Positions 46,464 to 57,015 of a DNA stretch of 64,000 nucleotides are shown here, piece by piece. This DNA is from Candidatus Fermentithermobacillaceae bacterium DTU015 (GTDB taxonomy: Bacteria; Bacillota; Sulfobacillia; Fermentithermobacillales; Fermentithermobacillaceae), in contig LFST01000051.1 of assembly GCA_001513185.1 (NCBI GenBank), positions 374 to 64,373 of the forward strand, read 5' to 3'. How positions within the stretch are numbered: the first letter of the stretch is position 1; each line of letters begins with the position of its first letter. The position numbers and the translations under genes were made by a program. The notes under the pieces were generated by a model. It ran no database searches, had not been told where the DNA came from, and was given only the letters and a program-made list of their open reading frames with translations.

Positions 46464-47867
46464 TTGAACTACACCTTGGGTGAAATTGCCCGCATCACGC
46501 GCGGACAGCTATTGCAAGGCAATCCCGGCTCCCAGGTTTCGGGGTTTGCAATTGACTCCCGGGAAGAGGTTGCGGGGAAGATGTTTTGCGCCATATCCGG
46601 GCAGAAGGCAGATGGCCACGATTTCGTGAGCGATGTAGCCTCAAAGGGCGCCGCAGGTGCGTTAATCCAACGGCGGGTAGAAGTCGATAATCCTGCCTTC
46701 GGCCTTGTGTTGGTCGAGTCCACGGTAACAGCCTTAGGCGACATGGCCGAGTTTCACCTTGGCCGCCTTCCTGTCACCGTGATAGGCATCACAGGAAGCG
46801 TTGGCAAGACAAGCACCAAGGACCTTGTTGGCGCTGTACTCAATGAGAAATTCAGGACTTACAAGAATCCAGGCAACCTCAATTCCCACATAGGCCTTCC
46901 CCTGGCGGTATTGGGGATGGAGCCGGACTATGAGTATGCAGTGCTTGAAATGGCCATGCGGGCCATAGGCGAAATCAAGCAGCTTTGCGACATTGCAAAG
47001 CCCAAGATCGGCGTGCTCACAGACATCTCAGCTTCCCATATCGGAGTATTGGGCACCCTGGAGGCAATAGCCCGGGCCAAGGCAGAACTCCTTGAAGCCT
47101 TACCCCCTGACGGCCTGGCGGTGTTATGCTGGGATAATGAGAAAATCCGGGAAGTCTCCAGCTTCGCCAGGTGTAAGAAGATAACTTACGGGTTTGCCGG
47201 CGATGCAGATGTGCGGGGCTACGATATTAGGCCGTCTGATGAGGGTTATACCGATTTCAAAGTAAGCTACAAACAGAGAGAGTTCAGCTTCAGGTTTAAG
47301 CTGCCCGGCACCCACCAGGTCCAAAACGCGCTGGCAGCAATTGCTATAGGTTTTGAACTGGGGCTTTCGTCAGACCAAATTGCCCGGGGCCTCGTGGAGG
47401 TCTCCCTCAGCCCAATGAGGCTTGAAGTGATGAGGCAGAATCACATCACGATCATAAACGACGCCTACAACGCCAGCGTCAAGTCTATGGAAGCAGCCCT
47501 GGATCTTCTGGCGGCGGTAGCTAAGGGCAGGAAGATAGCCATCCTCGGTGACATGCTGGAGATGGGCGACTATGGTCCCGAAGCCCATATCCAGGTAGGC
47601 AGGTACGCCCGGAACAAGGCAGACGTACTTGTGGCAATCGGCCCGCTGAGCACCTACACCAAACAGGGATGGGATGAAGGTGCAACCGGGGAGGATCTTT
47701 TGTCGTCATGGTTCCCTGACAAGCAAAGTGCCGGGGATTTCCTAGGACAGTTGATTAGACCCGGAGACACTTGCTTGGTCAAAGCTTCCAGGGGATTTGA
47801 ATTTGAACGGCTGGTTGACTTGCTTGTCACCTTGGATGCCCATTTGACAGGAGATGACCAACGTTGA
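46464..47867 (+). CDS. murF: UDP-N-acetylmuramoyl-tripeptide--D-alanyl-D-alanine ligase
   Basis: GITGSVGKTSTKD, NLNSHIGLPL, EMAMRAIGEI, INDAYNAS. Confidence 0.95.
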   Translation: MNYTLGEIARITRGQLLQGNPGSQVSGFAIDSREEVAGKMFCAISGQKADGHDFVSDVASKGAAGALIQRRVEVDNPAFGLVLVESTVTALGDMAEFHLGRLPVTVIGITGSVGKTSTKDLVGAVLNEKFRTYKNPGNLNSHIGLPLAVLGMEPDYEYAVLEMAMRAIGEIKQLCDIAKPKIGVLTDISASHIGVLGTLEAIARAKAELLEALPPDGLAVLCWDNEKIREVSSFARCKKITYGFAGDADVRGYDIRPSDEGYTDFKVSYKQREFSFRFKLPGTHQVQNALAAIAIGFELGLSSDQIARGLVEVSLSPMRLEVMRQNHITIINDAYNASVKSMEAALDLLAAVAKGRKIAILGDMLEMGDYGPEAHIQVGRYARNKADVLVAIGPLSTYTKQGWDEGATGEDLLSSWFPDKQSAGDFLGQLIRPGDTCLVKASRGFEFERLVDLLVTLDAHLTGDDQR

Positions 47868-48844
47868 ACCTAATGCTACCCTTAATATCAGGTTTCGTGC
47901 TGTCGGTACTATTGGGATATGTACTCATCCCCAAACTCAGGGAACTCAGGATCGGACAGCACATCAGGGAGGAAGTACAAGCCCACAAGAAAAAGGCGGG
48001 AACACCCACAATGGGGGGTATCTTCTTTATCTTGGCTATTATTATTGCCCGCGGCGCAGTCTCGCTCGTTGAAGGAGGCAGGCCGGCCAAAGAGGAGTTT
48101 CTCATCCTGGGGCTTACCCTTGCCTATGGATTCATCGGCTTCATAGATGATTTCAGGCAAATCCGCCTGGGCCGGTCCCTAGGCCTGAGGGCCAGGGAGA
48201 AGATGGCACTCCAGTTGCTGTTCGCGGCAGTGTTCATGTATTTCTTCGCAGATAGGGGTTCTTATGTGATATTTCCGTTTTCAGGCAGGGCTCTCCACCT
48301 GGGCATATTGTATCCTGTTCTGGGTATATTGCTCATTGTAGGCACAGCCAACGGCATGAATTTCACCGACGGGCTGGACGGTTTGGCCGCAGGGGTAGCT
48401 ACAGCCGGCCTGGGAGCCTATGCCTTCATCGCTAGTGGGTACGCGAGAGTTACAAACAGGCCGGAGCTCTTGGGCCTTACCGCGCTTGCCCTGGTTTCAG
48501 CCGGTGCGCTCCTCGGGTTTCTTGTGTACAATTACAATCCCGCCAAGGTGTTTATGGGAGATACCGGCTCGCTAGCGTTGGGCGGGCTCTTGGCAGGATA
48601 CGCCATTGTAACCAGGACTGAACTGATACTTCCCTTCATAGCCATAGTGCAGCTTATTGAAGTGGTCTCAGTAATACTGCAGGTGTTTGCTTTTCAGGTG
48701 TTTGGAAAGCGGATTTTCAGGATGACCCCCATCCACCATCATTTTGAACTGCTTGGATGGAACGAAAAGAAAATCGTGCATCTTTTCTGGTGGGTTGCGC
48801 TGGCCGGTGCCATCTTGGGAATAGCCGCAATGGCATATGTATAG
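47864..48844 (+). CDS. mraY: phospho-N-acetylmuramoyl-pentapeptide-transferase
   Basis: KKKAGTPTMGGI, GFIDDF, TNGMNFTDGLDGLA, FMGDTGSLALGG, PIHHHFE. Confidence 0.97.
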   Translation: MNLMLPLISGFVLSVLLGYVLIPKLRELRIGQHIREEVQAHKKKAGTPTMGGIFFILAIIIARGAVSLVEGGRPAKEEFLILGLTLAYGFIGFIDDFRQIRLGRSLGLRAREKMALQLLFAAVFMYFFADRGSYVIFPFSGRALHLGILYPVLGILLIVGTANGMNFTDGLDGLAAGVATAGLGAYAFIASGYARVTNRPELLGLTALALVSAGALLGFLVYNYNPAKVFMGDTGSLALGGLLAGYAIVTRTELILPFIAIVQLIEVVSVILQVFAFQVFGKRIFRMTPIHHHFELLGWNEKKIVHLFWWVALAGAILGIAAMAYV

Positions 48845-48861
48845 ATCAGGGGTGGTTCCTA

Positions 48862-49983
48862 GTGAGAAGGAGAAGGGCACAGGGTATTGTGCGGAGGGGG
48901 GAGCCCGATTATATCCTGTTTTTCACCGTGCTTACGCTGGTTGCCCTAGGAATTATCATGGTGTTTTCAGCCAGTATGGTTAAGTCCCTCAGGTTTTACG
49001 GAAACCCGTACCACTATTTGATCAGGCAAAGCATGTGGGCAGCCTTGGGGCTTAGCGGCATGTTTTTCTTGATGAATTATGACTGCTGGAGGTACAGGAA
49101 TCTCATCCCTTACGTCTATGCATTGTCATTGGTGCTCTTAGTCCTGGTACTCATCCCCGGTGTGGGGCAGATGAGGGATGGGGCGAGACGCTGGCTGGGA
49201 ATTGGAAGTCTCGGGTTTCAACCTGCAGAAGTAGCCAAATTCACAACCATTTTATTCTTAGCCGATATGCTCGCCCGCACTAAAGACAAGATCCGGCACT
49301 TTTTCAAAGGGCTTGGCCCCTATCTCTTGGCGCTTGGCATCACCTTCGGCCTGATATTGAAAGAACCTGACCTTGGCACCGCAGTCACCCTTGCCGGAGC
49401 AGCGGTGGTAGTGCTTTACATTTCAGGTGCTAACTTTTTTCATCTTGCATTTTTAGGCCTGGCGTCGCTTCCAGTGCTTTATCACGTTATCATATCTGAA
49501 GACTACCGGAGAAAACGGTTCTTGGCTTTCCTCGATCCCTGGAAAGATCCTACCGGATCCGGCTGGCAGATAATACAAGCGCTTTACGCGTTAGGCACCG
49601 GCGGGCTGTTTGGCACTGGGGTAGGCTATTCACGCCAGAAATGGTCCTACCTGCCACAGCCGGATACAGATTTCATCTTTGCCGTGATCGGCGAAGAGCT
49701 TGGCTTTTTCGGTACCGCACTGGTGCTGTTGTTGTTCTTTACCTTTGCATGGAGGGGATACAGGACTGCCATGGCTGCGCCTGACAGATACTCATGTCTG
49801 TTGGCCGCCGGGTTTACTACCATTATTTCGCTCCAAGCCGTAGTCAATATCGGCGTGGCCACCGGGTCACTGCCCATCACGGGTATAACACTGCCATTTG
49901 TGAGTTACGGAGGTTCATCCCTTCTCATGAGCCTCTTGTCTGCAGGGGTATTGCTGAATATTTCCCGGTACGCTAACCGGTAG
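48862..49983 (+). CDS. ftsW: SEDS-family peptidoglycan glycosyltransferase FtsW/SpoVE
   Basis: 10-TM SEDS pattern: RWLGIGSLGFQPAEVAKF, EPDLGTA, LPQPDTDFIFAVIGEELGF, TGITLPFVSYGGSSL. GTG at 48862 lies after the mraY stop. Confidence 0.93.
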   Translation: MRRRRAQGIVRRGEPDYILFFTVLTLVALGIIMVFSASMVKSLRFYGNPYHYLIRQSMWAALGLSGMFFLMNYDCWRYRNLIPYVYALSLVLLVLVLIPGVGQMRDGARRWLGIGSLGFQPAEVAKFTTILFLADMLARTKDKIRHFFKGLGPYLLALGITFGLILKEPDLGTAVTLAGAAVVVLYISGANFFHLAFLGLASLPVLYHVIISEDYRRKRFLAFLDPWKDPTGSGWQIIQALYALGTGGLFGTGVGYSRQKWSYLPQPDTDFIFAVIGEELGFFGTALVLLLFFTFAWRGYRTAMAAPDRYSCLLAAGFTTIISLQAVVNIGVATGSLPITGITLPFVSYGGSSLLMSLLSAGVLLNISRYANR

Positions 49984-49994
49984 GGGGGCTGAAC

Positions 49995-51119
49995 ATGAGA
50001 TGTTTGCTGACCGGAGGTGGGACAGGCGGTCATATATACCCAGCCATCGCAGTGGCCGAAGCCCTGGTCAAACTCCTGCCAAGGACAAAAGTGCTGTATG
50101 TGGGCACTGCCCAAGGCATGGAAAGTTCTCTGGTACCCAGAGAAGGGCTGGAGTTTAAAGCAGTCAGGTCCTCTGGAATCAGGGGCAAATCCCTGGCTTC
50201 AGCCCTTAGAGGCATGTGGGCAGCTGCTCTGGGAGTGGGAGACGCTTGCCGCATCATCAAGCAGTTCAAACCGGATGTGGTATTCGGCACCGGGGGGTAC
50301 GTCTCAGGACCGGTACTCCTGGCGGCACGCCTGCTAGGTGTCCCCTGCGCTATACAGGAGCAAAATGCAGTGCCGGGTAAAACCAACCTGGTACTGTCCA
50401 GGTTTGCCGACAAGACTTTCACTGCGTGGGAAGAGTCAGCGGAATTCTTCCCGCGGAAAGCTGATGTCAAAGTTACAGGTAACCCTATAAGGGCGAGGGT
50501 CTTACAAGCCACCGGAACAACCGCCGAAGCCAGAGCCGCCTTTGGGCTCAGGGACGACAAATTTACCCTGCTAGTCTTAGGAGGGTCCCGGGGCGCTCGC
50601 TTCTTGGTTGACCTTGCAGTGGATATGGCGCTGTCAGCCGACCTTGATATCCAGATGCTGCTTATAACCGGAAAGGAGTACTATGACAATGCAGTGGCTG
50701 CCTTGGGCGCCACAGAGCATACAGGCATAGCCGGAGCAAAATATGGAAATATTATCATACAGCCTTATGTTTACAACATGGAACAGGCATACAGAGCATG
50801 TGACCTGGTGTTGGCTAGGGCGGGCGGTATGACCCTTGCAGAGATAACGGCGCTGGGACTACCTTCCATAATCGTGCCCTCTCCCAACGTGGTGGGCAAC
50901 CATCAAGAATACAATGCCAGGGTATTGGAGACCGCAGGAGCTGCAATAGTGGTGAGGGAAGGTCCGGATACACGCAATCAAGTAGAACATGGCATAAGAA
51001 CCATACTTGGGGACCCGGCGCTCCACAAGCGCATGGCTCAGGCCGCTTCGGAGATAGGCCGGCCGGATGCTGCTTTCGAGATAGCCAGGGAACTCATCGC
51101 CCTTGCCAGGCGCGCTTGA
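49995..51119 (+). CDS. murG: undecaprenyldiphospho-muramoylpentapeptide beta-N-acetylglucosaminyltransferase
   Basis: LTGGGTGGHIYPAIAVAEAL, GTGGYVSGP, QEQNAVPGKTN, ARAGGMTLAEI, NHQEYNA. Confidence 0.96.
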   Translation: MRCLLTGGGTGGHIYPAIAVAEALVKLLPRTKVLYVGTAQGMESSLVPREGLEFKAVRSSGIRGKSLASALRGMWAAALGVGDACRIIKQFKPDVVFGTGGYVSGPVLLAARLLGVPCAIQEQNAVPGKTNLVLSRFADKTFTAWEESAEFFPRKADVKVTGNPIRARVLQATGTTAEARAAFGLRDDKFTLLVLGGSRGARFLVDLAVDMALSADLDIQMLLITGKEYYDNAVAALGATEHTGIAGAKYGNIIIQPYVYNMEQAYRACDLVLARAGGMTLAEITALGLPSIIVPSPNVVGNHQEYNARVLETAGAAIVVREGPDTRNQVEHGIRTILGDPALHKRMAQAASEIGRPDAAFEIARELIALARRA

Positions 51120-51191
51120 TGCCATAACCAAGGCGTCCATCAGGTACATAGAATTACACAAGAAATATGTTAGAGCAAAAGAAGGTGCACA

Positions 51192-52550
51192 ATGAGGAGA
51201 GTTCACTTCGTCGCAATAGGCGGCCAGGGTATGTCTGGCATCGCCACCATACTGCTTAGCAAAGGAATTGAAGTCTCGGGTTCAGACCTCAAGTCAAGTG
51301 ATGTTACCAGGCGTCTCCGGGATATGGGAGCCCGGGTGTTCATCGGGCACAGCAGCGCCCATATAACCGATCCAGATCTAGTGGTGGTGTCATCTGCCAT
51401 ATCCGAGGACAATCCTGAAGTGTTGGAGGCCCGGAAACGGGGGATCCCGGTGATCCACCGCATGGACATGCTGCTTAAGGCAATCGAAGGCAAGCAGATC
51501 ATTGGCATTGCCGGGGCTCATGGCAAAACCACAACTTCTGCCATGACCGCTTGGGTCCTGAAACAGGCAGGCAAGGATCCAACTTTTCTGATCGGTGGCG
51601 AACTGGGGAACAACGGCAACGCCCGGGCAGGCAATGGGCCTGTGGCTGTAGTTGAAACTGACGAAAGCGACGGGTCTTTCCTGAAATGCCATCCTGAGGT
51701 GAGCGTGGTCACCAACATAGATAACGATCACCTTGACTACTGGGGCAGTTTCGACGCTTTGAAAAAAGCATTCTATTCGTATCTTTCGGGGACAAAGCCC
51801 GGCGGCGCCAAGATTGTATGCAGCGACGATCCTTTGTTGAGGGAATGGATATCGCGCAACCCCGATGCAGTTTCCTATGGCGTGCGCACTGACTCAGTCT
51901 GGCAGGCAAGACACATAACGCAAGATGGATGGTCCACCAAATGCCAGGTATACAGGCGGGGGCAACCTGTAGCTTCCTTGGATTTGAAAATGCCGGGGAT
52001 ACACAACTTGCAGAACGCCCTAGGGGCCATAGCGGCAGCGGCGTGGATGGGAGTAGATCCGGAAACTGCGTGCGAAGCCTTATCAACCTTCCCGGGGGTA
52101 AGACGCAGGCTTCAGCGTATCGGACAATTTGGAAATGTGCTCTTGTTGGACGATTTTGCCCATCATCCCAAAGAGATCGCGGCTGTGCTTGAAACCATAC
52201 GGGTATCAGTGCCTGATGCGAAGCTTGTTGTGCTTTTCCAACCTCATAGATATTCCCGCACCAAGCTGCTGCGCGCTGAGTTCGGCAAGGCGTTCTCAAA
52301 GGCCGACGCAGTGGTTGTAACCGGCATTTACAGCGGCCCGGGCGAGAAGCAAGACCCTGAAGTAAGCCCCGGTTTTATCACCCAAGCCGTGGAGGAGGCA
52401 GGCCACGGGTGTGCGTTCAAGATCGAAGACATGGAAGAAGCGGCAACTTTGGCAGCCCGGCTATGCAAAGGCGACACGGTGCTCATCACCCTGGGAGCCG
52501 GAGACATATGGCGGACCCATGACGTGCTTATCAAGCAGCTAGCGACTTGA
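51192..52550 (+). CDS. murC: UDP-N-acetylmuramate--L-alanine ligase
   Basis: VHFVAIGGQGMSGIA, GIAGAHGKTTTSAM, ETDESDGSF, DDFAHHPKEI. Confidence 0.96.
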   Translation: MRRVHFVAIGGQGMSGIATILLSKGIEVSGSDLKSSDVTRRLRDMGARVFIGHSSAHITDPDLVVVSSAISEDNPEVLEARKRGIPVIHRMDMLLKAIEGKQIIGIAGAHGKTTTSAMTAWVLKQAGKDPTFLIGGELGNNGNARAGNGPVAVVETDESDGSFLKCHPEVSVVTNIDNDHLDYWGSFDALKKAFYSYLSGTKPGGAKIVCSDDPLLREWISRNPDAVSYGVRTDSVWQARHITQDGWSTKCQVYRRGQPVASLDLKMPGIHNLQNALGAIAAAAWMGVDPETACEALSTFPGVRRRLQRIGQFGNVLLLDDFAHHPKEIAAVLETIRVSVPDAKLVVLFQPHRYSRTKLLRAEFGKAFSKADAVVVTGIYSGPGEKQDPEVSPGFITQAVEEAGHGCAFKIEDMEEAATLAARLCKGDTVLITLGAGDIWRTHDVLIKQLAT

Positions 52551-52638
52551 GTAACCAGTTTTCAGGCAGTTTCGTACAATGGATCAGAAAATATCGAGGC
52601 ATGGCCAGCTTGCTGTTGCCGGGGGTGTAACGTAGACA

Positions 52639-53895
52639 ATGTCAGAATTCATAATTACCGGAGGTTCCAGGCTCGAGGGAGATATCACAGTCAGCGGCGG
52701 AAAGAACGCAGTGCTTCCCATTATGGCGGCTTCGGTGATGGCACGCACGCCATGTGTGTTGCACAATGCTCCAGACCTGGTTGATGTAAGGGTAATGTCA
52801 GAGATCTTGCGCGGCCTGGGAGCTGTGGTGGAAAGGGTAAACTCAGGCCGGTCTTTGTACATCGATCCGTCCGATTTAAGCAACACCGTGGTGGACGAAG
52901 CGCTTATGCGGCAAGTGAGATCGTCCATATTCCTTATAGGCCCCCTGGTGGCCAGGATGGGGAAAGCCACTGTGTCATACCCTGGAGGCTGTGACATTGG
53001 CCAGAGGCCCATCGATCAGCACCTGAAGGGCCTGGCTGCGCTGGGGGTGGCTTTCGAGGAGGCCCACGGCAACATCGTGGCCCAGGCACCCAAACTGCAG
53101 GGTGCCGACATCCACCTGGATATACCGTCAGTTGGTGCCACTGAGAACATAATGATGTGCGCAAGCTTGGCCCCAGGGGTCACGGTAATTAGGAACGCAG
53201 CCAAAGAACCCGAAATCGTTGATTTGCAGGGCTTCTTGAATTCCATGGGCGCAAGGATACGGGGAGCGGGCACAGACGTAATACGTGTAGAAGGCGTGGA
53301 ATCATTACAAGGTTGTGAACACACGGTGATGCCCGACAGGATAGAGGTTGGCACACTTATGGTGGCAGCAGCCATAACTGCCGGGGATATATACATCCCC
53401 AACGCGGTAGCAGAGCATGTTCAGGCGGTAACGTCTAAACTCAGGGAAGTAGGGACCAGCGTAACCGTCCTGCACAGGGGCATCCGGGTGATAGGTTCCC
53501 ACAGACGGAGGCCAACCGACGTCAAGACTTTGCCTTACCCGGGGTTTCCCACTGATATGCAACCCCAAATGATGGCTTTGCTGTCCATTGCCGAAGGTAC
53601 CTCTGTCATCAGCGAGACCGTATTTGAGTCCAGGTTTAAGCAGGCAGAAGAATTGGGGAGGATGGGAGCCCAGATCCGAACCGAAGGCAGAACTGCTATA
53701 ATAAAAGGCGTGCCGCGCCTGTCCGGCGCCCGCGTGGTATCCACAGACCTCCGTTCTGGCGCTTCACTGGTACTGGCAGGATTGGCCGCCGAAGGAGAAA
53801 CCATTGTTTCAGGCATACACCATGTGGACCGGGGATACGAACGGCTTGAGCGCAAGCTGGCTGCTTTGGGAGCCAAGATAATCAGGCAAGAATGA
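52639..53895 (+). CDS. murA: UDP-N-acetylglucosamine 1-carboxyvinyltransferase
   Basis: ITGGSRLEGDITVSGGKNAVLPI, active-site PGGCDIGQRPIDQH, FPTDMQPQMMAL, IHHVDRGYERLERKLAALGA. Confidence 0.96.
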   Translation: MSEFIITGGSRLEGDITVSGGKNAVLPIMAASVMARTPCVLHNAPDLVDVRVMSEILRGLGAVVERVNSGRSLYIDPSDLSNTVVDEALMRQVRSSIFLIGPLVARMGKATVSYPGGCDIGQRPIDQHLKGLAALGVAFEEAHGNIVAQAPKLQGADIHLDIPSVGATENIMMCASLAPGVTVIRNAAKEPEIVDLQGFLNSMGARIRGAGTDVIRVEGVESLQGCEHTVMPDRIEVGTLMVAAAITAGDIYIPNAVAEHVQAVTSKLREVGTSVTVLHRGIRVIGSHRRRPTDVKTLPYPGFPTDMQPQMMALLSIAEGTSVISETVFESRFKQAEELGRMGAQIRTEGRTAIIKGVPRLSGARVVSTDLRSGASLVLAGLAAEGETIVSGIHHVDRGYERLERKLAALGAKIIRQE

Positions 53896-53911
53896 GGGCT
53901 TGTAAGGATCT

Positions 53912-54673
53912 ATGGAACGCAAAAGGAGAAACACCAGGAGGAGAGCAACTGAACCAGAAGAAACACGGATTGAAGGGACAAGCGGGAGTTCACCTTGGGC
54001 CTTGGTAATCGTGTTTTTCTTTCTGGCCAGTGTATTCCTGTTCCTGAGATCCCCGTTTTTTTCAGTCAAGAACTACGTCATCAACGGAGCGGACAGGGTA
54101 TCTCATGACGAGATCATTGCCAGGTGCAGCCAAAAATCCTCTAATATTTTCGATTTTGATTTGGACAAGGCTGAAAAGACAATCCTGTCGTCACCGTGGG
54201 TCAAAGAGGTCCGTTGTACCAGGAAACTCCCTGACACAATCGTTATACACATTGTGGAGCGCAAACCAATTGCGTTTGCCCCTGTGGGCAGCAAGATCTG
54301 GCTTATCGATGCTGAGGGGCGGGTGCTCCAAGAAGATGACGGGGTGTTCAGCGACCTGGTCGCGTTTACGGGAATCCAGGGCATGCTAGCCCCTGGCCAG
54401 TTCCTAGGGCCGGAATACGAGTGGGGCCTTAAGATAATATCAGGCCTGGGTCCTGTGTCCCGGGACAAAGTAATCGAACTCAATGTTGAGGGAGACGAGT
54501 GTACTCTGGTACTCGATGACGGCTGCGTGGTTTTCATGGGGGAGTACGAAACCAACGCCGAGTTCAGACTGGACCTGTTAGAATCAATTATCATTGAATT
54601 GGAAGAACAAGGCCAGCTTGCCGAGTATATTGATTTGCGCTTCGATAAACATGCAGTTAAACTCAGATTATAG
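53912..54673 (+). CDS. ftsQ: cell division protein FtsQ/DivIB (POTRA domain)
   Basis: Basic N-terminus, one TM, POTRA (FSVKNYVINGADRVSHDEI...PWVKEVRCTRKLPDTIVIHIVERKPIA), at the canonical position. Confidence 0.85.
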   Translation: MERKRRNTRRRATEPEETRIEGTSGSSPWALVIVFFFLASVFLFLRSPFFSVKNYVINGADRVSHDEIIARCSQKSSNIFDFDLDKAEKTILSSPWVKEVRCTRKLPDTIVIHIVERKPIAFAPVGSKIWLIDAEGRVLQEDDGVFSDLVAFTGIQGMLAPGQFLGPEYEWGLKIISGLGPVSRDKVIELNVEGDECTLVLDDGCVVFMGEYETNAEFRLDLLESIIIELEEQGQLAEYIDLRFDKHAVKLRL

Positions 54674-54685
54674 GAGGAAGGGGGG

Positions 54686-55411
54686 ATGACCACTGTGAGC
54701 CGTCGTGGTTCTCAGGTAGCACTCACCATCATCTTCGTTTTATTCGGTTTTATGCTAGCCACTCAGCTCAGAGTGCGGCCATCTTCACCTGCAAATGTTC
54801 CCTACCAGCGGGCGGAAGAGCTATCTATGTTGCTCCATACTACTGAAGAAGAAAGGGACCGTTTACGGGACGAAGTGAGGATGTTAAGGGATCAGATAGC
54901 TGAAGCGATGGTGGCCAGTGAAAGCCAAGTTAAGGTCCTGCAAGAAGAGCTGCTTAAAGCCAGGATCCTGGCAGGGCTAACCGAAGTCAAGGGCCCGGGG
55001 ATCACGGTTGAAATGAACGATGCCAAGAGAGAAGCGGGAGCAGGCCAGGATCCAAACCTTTTCATCATCCACGATGACGATGTCCTGGCAGTGGTAAATG
55101 AACTTCTGGCCGCAGGAGCAGAAGCCATCGCCATCAACAACCAGCGGGTAGTGGCTACCACAGAAATCCGCTGCGCCGGTGCAGTGTTCATGATAAACGG
55201 CGTAAGGCTGGCCCCGCCACTTAAGATCCAGGCTATAGGCGATCCCGAAACACTGTACAATGCATTGAAAATGCGCGGGGGAGTTGTGGACAACCTGTCT
55301 TTCTGGGGGATTGACATCAAGATCAAGATGGAACCGGAAATCATCTTGCCCGCCTACACCGGATCGCTCAATTTCAGGTTCGCGAAACCGCATCAAAGAG
55401 AGGGATCGTAA
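54686..55411 (+). CDS. DUF881 division/sporulation-associated protein (YlxW/YlxX-like)
   Basis: TM, then a coiled coil, then GPGITVEMND...IIHDDDVLAVVNELLAAGAEAIAINNQRV, the DUF881 signature. Same position as ylxW/ylxX in Bacillus. Confidence 0.85.
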   Translation: MTTVSRRGSQVALTIIFVLFGFMLATQLRVRPSSPANVPYQRAEELSMLLHTTEEERDRLRDEVRMLRDQIAEAMVASESQVKVLQEELLKARILAGLTEVKGPGITVEMNDAKREAGAGQDPNLFIIHDDDVLAVVNELLAAGAEAIAINNQRVVATTEIRCAGAVFMINGVRLAPPLKIQAIGDPETLYNALKMRGGVVDNLSFWGIDIKIKMEPEIILPAYTGSLNFRFAKPHQREGS

Positions 55412-55785
55412 TGTGGTATCTCCTGGCTGCCTTGTTTATCGGCATCATAGTTGGGCTTAATGTTCCGTGGACAATTCCAGCAGTGCTTGCACGTTATCTG
55501 GCAGTGGCGCTCCTGGCCGGGATAGACACCTCTTTGGGTGGCTTAAGGGCAAGCCTTGAAGGCGACTTCGATATTGTCATATTCGTCACAGGCTTCCTGG
55601 GCAACACTGTCCTGGCCGCAGCGTTTGTTTACCTTGGTGATGTGTTAGGCATCGAGCTATACCTTGCGGCAGTGGTAGCACTAGGTGTGAGGATATTTAA
55701 CAACCTAGGCGTAATCAGACGACATTACCTTAGAGAATGGATGGGGGAAAAAGACACAACCCCGGCCAATGGCGAAGGTAAATAG
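55411..55785 (+). CDS. sbp: small basic protein Sbp (DUF1290)
   Basis: LARYLAVALLAGIDTSLGGLRASLEGDFD...GNTVLAA...LGVRIFNNLGVIRR. Located between DUF881 and ftsZ, as in Bacillus. Confidence 0.85.
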   Translation: MWYLLAALFIGIIVGLNVPWTIPAVLARYLAVALLAGIDTSLGGLRASLEGDFDIVIFVTGFLGNTVLAAAFVYLGDVLGIELYLAAVVALGVRIFNNLGVIRRHYLREWMGEKDTTPANGEGK

Positions 55786-55833
55786 AGAGTACGTGTGGAA
55801 AGTATAGCTGACCGGGAGGGGAGTCGTGTGGCC

Positions 55834-56895
55834 ATGATCGAAGAGCAACCCAGATACGCAAATCTCAAAGTAGTCGGTGTGGGAGGAGGCGGGACCAACG
55901 CAGTTAACCGCATGATTGACGCAGGGGTCAAGGGAGTTGAGTTCATCTGCATCAACACCGATGCTCAATCACTCAATCTGTCGAAAGCCCCGACCAAGAT
56001 CCAGATAGGCCAGACTCTTACCAGGGGGCTGGGTGCAGGCGCCAACCCTGAAGTAGGACAAAAGGCCGCGGAAGAATCCAGAGATGACATCTTAGAGCAC
56101 CTCAAGGGCGCCGACATGGTGTTTGTGACCGCAGGCATGGGTGGGGGGACAGGAACAGGAGGAGCCCCGATTGTTGCCCAAGCCGCTAAAGAAGTAGGTG
56201 CATTGACCGTTGGCGTTGTGACAAAACCGTTCTCTTTTGAGGGACGCCGGCGAATGGCCGTGGCCCTCGAAGGCATTGAGAGATTACAGGAATCAGTAGA
56301 TACCCTTATAGTCATACCCAACGACAGGCTGTTGCAAGTGGTGGACCAAACCGCGTCAATTCTAGATGCGTTTAAGGTTGCCGACGACGTCCTGCGCCAC
56401 GGGGTGCAGGGGATCTCGGACCTGGTGTGCGTGCCTGGCCTTATAAACCTTGATTTTGCGGACGTGAGGACCGTCATGATGGACACAGGTTCGGCGCTTA
56501 TGGGTATCGGTATTGCCCATGGCGAGAATAAAGCAAAGGAAGCTGCCATGCAAGCCATAGCCAGCCCCCTCTTGGAGGCAACCATTGAAGGGGCAAAAGG
56601 CGTCCTGATGAACGTTACCGGCGGGCCTGACCTCGGCATTTTCGAAGTAAACGAGGCTGCAGAGATCGTGATGCAATCTGCAGATGAAGATGCCACCATT
56701 ATCTTCGGTGCGGTGATAAATGAAGATTTTGAAGACACCATACAAATAACCGTCATCGCCACAGGTTTCGACAACAGCCCTGGAAGGAGGCCTCTTGGAA
56801 AGAAGGAACCATTACTTAACAAGATGGACACCAGAGATTTGCTGGAGGTTCCCACCTTCTTAAGAAGGGCAAGAACCCATGAAAAATCTCGGTAA
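55834..56895 (+). CDS. ftsZ: cell division GTPase FtsZ
   Basis: [16 protein letters not shown], tubulin signature [20 protein letters not shown]-terminal conserved peptide [18 protein letters not shown] precedes the ATG at 55834 (GTG at 55828 also possible). Confidence 0.97.
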   Translation: MIEEQPRYANLKVVGVGGGGTNAVNRMIDAGVKGVEFICINTDAQSLNLSKAPTKIQIGQTLTRGLGAGANPEVGQKAAEESRDDILEHLKGADMVFVTAGMGGGTGTGGAPIVAQAAKEVGALTVGVVTKPFSFEGRRRMAVALEGIERLQESVDTLIVIPNDRLLQVVDQTASILDAFKVADDVLRHGVQGISDLVCVPGLINLDFADVRTVMMDTGSALMGIGIAHGENKAKEAAMQAIASPLLEATIEGAKGVLMNVTGGPDLGIFEVNEAAEIVMQSADEDATIIFGAVINEDFEDTIQITVIATGFDNSPGRRPLGKKEPLLNKMDTRDLLEVPTFLRRARTHEKSR

Positions 56896-57015
56896 ATAGG
56901 GTTCTGAGCAGAAAACACATAGTTACATATTTTGCAGCTCCACCCCTGTATGATTTGAGTTGGGTAATAAAGCCGGACAGACATGAATATCCATGTCCAT
57001 ACGGGGTGTTGGAGC

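Noticed and set aside
56896-57015. Spo0A boxes or an unusually spaced sigma-A promoter expected upstream of spoIIGA
   Set aside because: I saw only weak resemblances (TGTCCAT, GGACAGA; inverted ACATG/CATGT around 56970-56995). Nothing matched TGTCGAA well enough to call.
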